DNA of 64,000 nt from Auanema rhodensis (taxonomy: Eukaryota; Animalia; Nematoda): NCBI GenBank assembly GCA_964057225.1, contig OZ059894.1, forward strand, positions 19,964,001-20,028,000, given 5' to 3'. Both the position numbers and the translations under genes were made by a program. Shown here one piece after another: positions 55,901 to 64,000 of this stretch. Every line of letters starts with the position of its first letter. The first letter of the stretch is position 1. Below the pieces are notes generated by a model. That model was not told where the DNA came from and did not search any database. It was given only the letters and a program-made list of their open reading frames with translations.

Positions 55901-58900
55901 ATACAAAAATTAGTTATGATCGTTTGAAAAATGATGCATTAGTGTATGTTGAGTTTCCATGTACACTCAACATTGCTTCCAAAAACATTTTGACAAAAAT
56001 TTTTTCGAAAAATTTCAAAATAATTTAGCAAAAAGTAGATGTTTTTAGATTTCTTTTTTCAAGGCAAAGACGATGGACAATGTTATTCAACGAAAAAATT
56101 AATTCTTCAGGGTGAAAATCGAGGATATAAGTGTGAACTTATATCAGTTGATATCTCGGTGCATTTTCAAGCTAGCGCAAATCTGATAACACAGATCGAC
56201 GCAGCTTAAAAATCCGCATCGAATGCACTATACTACATTGAGAAACGCTTAATACAAAAATTAGTTATGATCGTTTGAAAAATGATGCATTAGTGTATGT
56301 TGAGTTTCCATGTACACTCAACATTGCTTCCAAAAACATTTTGACAATAATTTTTTCGAAAAATTTCAAAATAAATTAGCAAAAAGTAGATGTTTTTAGA
56401 TTCCTTTTGTCAAGGCAAAGACGATGGACAATGTTATTCAACGAAAAAATTAATTCTTCAGGGTGAAAATCGAGGATATAAGTGTGAACTTATATCAGTT
56501 GATATCTCGGTGCATTTTTAAGCTAGCGCAAATCTGATAACACAGATCGACGCAGCTTAAAAATCCGCATCGAATGCACTATACTACATTGAGAAACGCT
56601 TAATACAAAAATTAGTTATGATCGTTTGAAAAATGATGCATTAGTGTATGTTGAGTTTCCATGTACACTCAACATTGCTTCCAAAAACATTTTGACAATA
56701 ATTTTTTCGAAAAATTTCAAAATAAATTAGCAAAAAGTAGATGTTTTTAGATTCCTTTTTTCAAGGCAAAGACGATGGACAATGTTATTCAACGATAAAA
56801 TTAATTCTTCAGGGTGAAAATCGAGGATATAAGTGTGAACATATATCAGTTGATATCTCGGTGCATTTTCAAGCTAGCGCAAATCTGATAACACAGATCG
56901 ACGCAGCTTAAAAATCCGCATCGAATGCACTATACTACATTGAGAAACGCTTAATACAAAAATTAGTTATGATCGTTTGAAAAATGATGCATTAGTGTAT
57001 GTTGAGTTTCCATGTACACTCAACATTGCTTCCAAAAACATTTTGACAATAATTTTTTCGAAAAATTTCAAAATAAATTAGCAAAAAGTAGATGTTTTTA
57101 GATTCCTTTTTTCAAGGCAAAGACGATGGACAATGTTATTCAACGAAAAAATTAATTCTTCAGGGTGAAAATCGAGGATATAAGTGTGAACATATATCAG
57201 TTGATATCTCGGTGCATTTTCAAGCTAGCGCAAATCTGATAACACAGATCGACGCAGCTTAAAAATCCGCATCGAATGCACTATACTACATTGAGAAACG
57301 CTTAATACAAAAATTAGTTATGATCGTTTGAAAAATGATGCATTAGTGTATGTTGAGTTTCCATGTACACTCAACATTGCTTCCAAAAACATTTTGACAA
57401 AAATTTTTTCGAAAAATTTCAAAATAATTTAGCAAAAAGTAGATGTTTTTAGATTCCTTTTTTCAAGGCAAAGACGATGGACAATGTTGTTCAACGATAA
57501 AATTAATTCTTCAGGGTGAAAATCGAGGATATAAGTGTGAACTTATATCAGTTGATATCTCGGTGCATTTTTAAGCTAGCGCAAATCTGATAACACAGAT
57601 CGACGCAGCTTAAAAATCCGCATCGAATGCACTATACTACATTGAGAAACGCTCAATACAAAAATTAGTTATGATCGTTTGAAAAATGATGCATTAGTGT
57701 ATGTTGAGTTTCCATGTACACTCAACATTGCTTCCAAAAACATTTTGACAAAAATTTTTTCAAAAAATTTCAAAATAAATTAGCAAAAAGTAGATGTTTT
57801 TAGATTCCTTTTTTCAAGGCAAAGACGATGGACAATGTTATTCAACGAAAAAATTAATTCTTCAGGGTGAAAATCGAGGATATAAGTGTGAACTTATATC
57901 AGTTGATATCTCGGTGTATTTTTAAGCTAGCGCAAATCTGATAACACAGATCGACGCAGCTTAAAAATCCGCATCGAATGCACTACACTACATTGAGAAA
58001 CGCTTAATACAAAAATTAGTTATGATCGTTTGAAAAATGATGCATTAGTGTATGTTGAGTTTCCATGTACACTCAACATTGCTTCCAAAAACATTTTGAC
58101 AATAATTTTTTCGAAAAATTTCAAAATAAATTAGCAAAAAGTAGAAGTTTTTAGATTCCTTTTTTCAAGGCAAAGACGATGGACAATGTTATTCAACGAA
58201 AAAATTAATTCTTCAGGTTGAAAATCGAGGATATAAGTGTGAACTTATATCAGTTGATATCTCGGTGCATTTTCAAGCTAGCGCGAATCTGATAACACAG
58301 ATCGACGCAGCTTAAAAATCCGCATCGAATGCACTATACTACATTGAGAAACGCTTAATACAAAAATTAGTTATGATCGTTTGAAAAATGATGCATTAGT
58401 GTATGTTGAGTTTCCATGTACACTCAACATTGCTTCCAAAAACATTTTGACAATAATTTTTTCGAAAAATTTCAAAATAAATTAGCAAAAAGTAGATGTT
58501 TTTAGATTCCTTTTTTCAAGGCAAAGACGATGGACAATGTTATTCAACGAAAAAATTAATTCTTCAGGTTGAAAATCGAGGATATAAGTGTGAACTTATA
58601 TCAGTTGATATCTCGGTGCATTTTCAAGCTAGCGCGAATCTGATAACACAGATCGACGCAGCTTAAAAATCCGCATCGAATGCACTATACTACATTGAGA
58701 AACGCTTAATACAAAAATTAGTTATGATCGTTTGAAAAATGATGCATTAGTGTATGTTGAGTTTCCATGTACACTCAACATTGCTTCCAAAAACATTTTG
58801 ACAAAAATTTTTTCAAAAAATTTCAAAATAAATTAGCAAAAAGTAGATGTTTTTAGATTCCTTTTTTCAAGGCAAAGACGATGGACAATGTTATTCAACG

Positions 58901-61900
58901 AAAAAATTAATTCTTCAGGGTGAAAATCGAGGATATAAGTGTGAACTTATATCAGTTGATATCTCGGTGTATTTTTAAGCTAGCGCAAATCTGATAACAC
59001 AGATCGACGCAGCTTAAAAATCCGCATCGAATGCACTACACTACATTGAGAAACGCTTAATACAAAAATTAGTTATGATCGTTTGAAAAATGATGCATTA
59101 GTGTATGTTGAGTTTCCATGTACACTCAACATTGCTTCCAAAAACATTTTGACAATAATTTTTTCGAAAAATTTCAAAATAAATTAGCAAAAAGTAGATG
59201 TTTTTAGATTCCTTTTTTCAAGGCAAAGACGATGGACAATGTTATTCAACGAAAAAATTAATTCTTCAGGTTGAAAATCGAGGATATAAGTGTGAACTTA
59301 TATCAGTTGATATCTCGGTGCATTTTCAAGCTAGCGCGAATCTGATAACACAGATCGACGCAGCTTAAAAATCCGCATCGAATGCACTATACTACATTGA
59401 GAAACGCTTAATACAAAAATTAGTTATGATCGTTTGAAAAATGATGCATTAGTGTATGTTGAGTTTCCATGTACACTCAACATTGCTTCAAAAAACATTT
59501 TGACAAAAATTTTTTCGAAAAATTTCAAAATAATTTAGCAAAAAGTAGATGTTTTTAGATTCCTTTTTTCAAGGCAAAGACGATGGACAATGTTATTCAA
59601 CGAAAAAATTAATTCTTCAGGGTGAAAATCGAGGATATAAGTGTGAACATATATCAGTTGATATCTCGGTGCATTTTCAAGCTAGCGCAAATCTGATAAC
59701 ACAGATCGACGCAGCTTAAAAATCCGCATCGAATGCACTATACTACATTGAGAAACGCTTAATACAAAAATTAGTTATGATCGTTTGAAAAATGATGCAT
59801 TAGTGTATGTTGAGTTTCCATGTACACTCAACATTGCTTCCAAAAACATTTTGACAAAAATTTTTTCGAAAAATTTCAAAATAATTTAGCAAAAAGTAGA
59901 TGTTTTTAGATTCCTTTTTTCAAGGCAAAGACGATGGACAATGTTATTCAACGAAAAAATTAATTCTTCAGGGTGAAAATCGAGGATATAAGTGTGAACT
60001 TATATCAGTTGATATCTCGGTGTATTTTTAAGCTAGCGCAAATCTGATAACACAGATCGACGCAGCTTAAAAATCCGCATCGAATGCACTACACTACATT
60101 GAGAAACGCTTAATACAAAAATTAGTTATGATCGTTTGAAAAATGATGCATTAGTGTATGTTGAGTTTCCATGTACACTCAACATTGCTTCCAAAAACAT
60201 TTTGACAATAATTTTTTCGAAAAATTTCAAAATAAATTAGCAAAAAGTAGATGTTTTTAGATTCCTTTTTTCAAGGCAAAGACGATGGACAATGTTATTC
60301 AACGAAAAAATTAATTCTTCAGGTTGAAAATCGAGGATATAAGTGTGAACTTATATCAGTTGATATCTCGGTGCATTTTCAAGCTAGCGCGAATCTGATA
60401 ACACAGATCGACGCAGCTTAAAAATCCGCATCGAATGCACTATACTACATTGAGAAACGCTTAATACAAAAATTAGTTATGATCGTTTGAAAAATGATGC
60501 ATTAGTGTATGTTGAGTTTCCATGTACACTCAACATTGCTTCCAAAAACATTTTGACAAAAATTTTTTCAAAAAATTTCAAAATAAATTAGCAAAAAGTA
60601 GATGTTTTTAGATTCCTTTTTTCAAGGCAAAGACGATGGACAATGTTATTCAACGAAAAAATTAATTCTTCAGGGTGAAAATCGAGGATATAAGTGTGAA
60701 CTTATATCAGTTGATATCTCGGTGTATTTTTAAGCTAGCGCAAATCTGATAACACAGATCGACGCAGCTTAAAAATCCGCATCGAATGCACTACACTACA
60801 TTGAGAAACGCTTAATACAAAAATTAGTTATGATCGTTTGAAAAATGATGCATTAGTGTATGTTGAGTTTCCATGTACACTCAACATTGCTTCCAAAAAC
60901 ATTTTGACAATAATTTTTTCGAAAAATTTCAAAATAAATTAGCAAAAAGTAGATGTTTTTAGATTCCTTTTTTCAAGGCAAAGACGATGGACAATGTTAT
61001 TCAACGAAAAAATTAATTCTTCAGGTTGAAAATCGAGGATATAAGTGTGAACTTATATCAGTTGATATCTCGGTGCATTTTTAAGCTAGCGCAAATCTGA
61101 TAACACAGATCGACGCAGCTTAAAAATCCGCATCGAATGCACTATATAACATTGAGAAACGCTTAATACAAAAATTAGTTATGATCGTTTGAAAAATGAT
61201 GCATTAGTGTATGTTGAGTTTCCATGTACACTCAACATTGCTTCCAAAAACATTTTGACAATAATTTTTTCGAAAAATTTCAAAATAAATTAGCAAAAAG
61301 TAGATGTTTTTAGATTCCTTTTTTCAAGGCAAAGACGATGGACAATGTTATTCAACGAAAAAATTAATTCTTCAGGGTGAAAATCGAGGATATAAGTGTG
61401 AACATATATCAGTTGATATCTCGGTGCATTTTCAAGCTAGCGCGAATCTGATAACACAGATCGACGCAGCTTAAAAATCCGCATCGAATGCACTATACTA
61501 CATTGAGAAACGCTTAATACAAAAATTAGTTATGATCGTTTGAAAAATGATGCATTAGTGTATGTTGAGTTTCCATGTACACTCAACATTGCTTCCAAAA
61601 ACATTTTGACAAAAATTTTTTCAAAAAATTTCAAAATAAATTAGCAAAAAGTAGATGTTTTTAGATTCCTTTTTTCAAGGCAAAGACGATGGACAATGTT
61701 ATTCAACGAAAAAATTAATTCTTCAGGGTGAAAATCGAGGATATAAGTGTGAACTTATATCAGTTGATATCTCGGTGTATTTTTAAGCTAGCGCAAATCT
61801 GATAACACAGATCGACGCAGCTTAAAAATCCGCATCGAATGCACTACACTACATTGAGAAACGCTTAATACAAAAATTAGTTATGATCGTTTGAAAAATG

Positions 61901-64000
61901 ATGCATTAGTGTATGTTGAGTTTCCATGTACACTCAACATTGCTTCCAAAAACATTTTGACAATAATTTTTTCGAAAAATTTCAAAATAAATTAGCAAAA
62001 AGTAGAAGTTTTTAGATTCCTTTTTTCAAGGCAAAGACGATGGACAATGTTATTCAACGAAAAAATTAATTCTTCAGGTTGAAAATCGAGGATATAAGTG
62101 TGAACTTATATCAGTTGATATCTCGGTGCATTTTCAAGCTAGCGCGAATCTGATAACACAGATCGACGCAGCTTAAAAATCCGCATCGAATGCACTATAC
62201 TACATTGAGAAACGCTTAATACAAAAATTAGTTATGATCGTTTGAAAAATGATGCATTAGTGTATGTTGAGTTTCCATGTACACTCAACATTGCTTCAAA
62301 AAACATTTTGACAAAAATTTTTTCGAAAAATTTCAAAATAATTTAGCAAAAAGTAGATGTTTTTAGATTCCTTTTTTCAAGGCAAAGACGATGGACAATG
62401 TTATTCAACGAAAAAATTAATTCTTCAGGGTGAAAATCGAGGATATAAGTGTGAACATATATCAGTTGATATCTCGGTGCATTTTCAAGCTAGCGCAAAT
62501 CTGATAACACAGATCGACGCAGCTTAAAAATCCGCATCGAATGCACTATACTACATTGAGAAACGCTTAATACAAAAATTAGTTATGATCGTTTGAAAAA
62601 TGATGCATTAGTGTATGTTGAGTTTCCATGTACACTCAACATTGCTTCCAAAAACATTTTGACAAAAATTTTTTCGAAAAATTTCAAAATAATTTAGCAA
62701 AAAGTAGATGTTTTTAGATTCCTTTTTTCAAGGCAAAGACGATGGACAATGTTATTCAACGATAAAATTAATTCTTCAGGGTGAAAATCGAGGATATAAG
62801 TGTGAACTTATATCAGTTGATATCTCGGTGCATTTTTAAGCTAGCGCAAATCTGATAACACAGATCGACGCAGCTTAAAAATCCGCATCGAATGCACTAC
62901 ACTACATTGAGAAACGCTTAATACAAAAATTAGTTATGATCGTTTGAAAAATGATGCATTAGTGTATGTTGAGTTTCCATATACACTCAACATTGCTTCC
63001 AAAAACATTTTGACAATAATTTTTTCGAAAAATTTCAAAATAAATTAGCAAAAAGTAGATGTTTTTAGATTCCTTTTTTCAAGGCAAAGACGATGGACAA
63101 TGTTATTCAACGAAAAAATTAATTCTTCAGGTTGAAAATCGAGGATATAAGTGTGAACTTATATCAGTTGATATCTCGGTGCATTTTCAAGCTAGCGCGA
63201 ATCTGATAACACAGATCGACGCAGCTTAAAAATCCGCATCGAATGCACTATACTACATTGAGAAACGCTTAATACAAAAATTAGTTATGATCGTTTGAAA
63301 AATGATGCATTAGTGTATGTTGAGTTTCCATGTACACTCAACATTGCTTCCAAAAACATTTTGACAAAAATTTTTTCGAAAAATTTCAAAATAAATTAGC
63401 AAAAAGTAGATGTTTTTAGATTCCTTTTTTCAAGGCAAAGACGATGGACAATGTTATTCAACGAAAAAATTAATTCTTCAGGTTGAAAATCGAGGATATA
63501 AGTGTGAACTTATATCAGTTGATATCTCGGTGCATTTTCAAGCTAGCGCGAATCTGATAACACAGATCGACGCAGCTTAAAAATCCGCATCGAATGCACT
63601 ATACTACATTGAGAAACGCTTAATACAAAAATTAGTTATGATCGTTTGAAAAATGATGCATTAGTGTATGTTGAGTTTCCATGTACACTCAACATTGCTT
63701 CCAAAAACATTTTGACAAAAATTTTTTCGAAAAATTTCAAAATAATTTAGCAAAAAGTAGATGTTTTTAGATTCCTTTTTTCAAGGCAAAGACGATGGAC
63801 AATGTTATTCAACGATAAAATTAATTCTTCAGGGTGAAAATCGAGGATATAAGTGTGAACTTATATCAGTTGATATCTCGGTGCATTTTTAAGCTAGCGC
63901 AAATCTGATAACACAGATCGACGCAGCTTTAAAATCCGCATCGAATGCACTATACTACATTGAGAAACGCTTAATACAAAAATTAGTTATGATCGTTTGA

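Larger units (their letters stand above)
1..64000. repeat. Tandem satellite DNA array, 351-bp AT-rich monomer, ~182.4 copies, head-to-tail, extending beyond both window edges
   Basis: TCTCGGTGCATTTT recurs at 1, 352, 703, 1054, and so on to 63876. The span 63876-1 equals 182x351-7, which matches the 8 single-base deletions (~1950, 6301, 9108, 9458, 12967, 16125, 34995, 40610) and 1 insertion (~20463) that I could see. Monomers otherwise differ by a few substitutions. Confidence 0.99.
17896..64000. repeat. Satellite subdomain B (131 monomers plus a partial copy), more homogeneous, with a different variant set
   Basis: A195T (GACAATAA), T222A (AATAAATT), T15C (TTTTCAAGCT), T337A (AACATATAT) and C75G (GCAGTATA) first appear after ~18090. 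The domain-A diagnostic variants disappear. Confidence 0.9.

Noticed and set aside
1-64000. Giant repetitive protein gene (351 bp = 117 codons)
   Set aside because: The ORF track shows nothing longer than 75 aa in any frame, and 1-bp indels are tolerated.
1-64000. CRISPR array
   Set aside because: There are no unique spacers. The entire unit is repeated, and no cas genes are present.

Overview
The whole 64 kb window is one uninterrupted, single-orientation, head-to-tail satellite DNA array. The monomer is 351 bp and about 31% GC (110/351 by hand count). There are 182 complete monomers plus a 125-bp partial copy (63876-64000). I find no credible protein-coding genes, RNA genes, transposon insertions or CRISPR arrays, and the three ORFs in the track are by-products of point variants that remove stop codons. 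The informative structure is at two other scales. (1) Inside the monomer there are four inverted repeats: a ~67-nt bulged hairpin, two perfect 9-bp stems (one with a GTGA tetraloop) and an A/T-tract palindrome. (2) Across the array, diagnostic variants reveal a sharp subfamily boundary near 17.9 kb and a series of local, nested higher-order repeats (9/10-mer, dimer, 16-mer then 9-mer, 7-mer, 3-mer, ~25-mer). This fits a young, actively homogenising eukaryotic (peri)centromeric or heterochromatic satellite. CpG is not depleted, which suggests a host with little germline CpG methylation. I cannot assign a species or a named satellite family, and I cannot support a novel gene system. Variant names such as T15C use monomer coordinates, with position 1 = first T of TCTCGGTG. 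All variant positions were read by eye.
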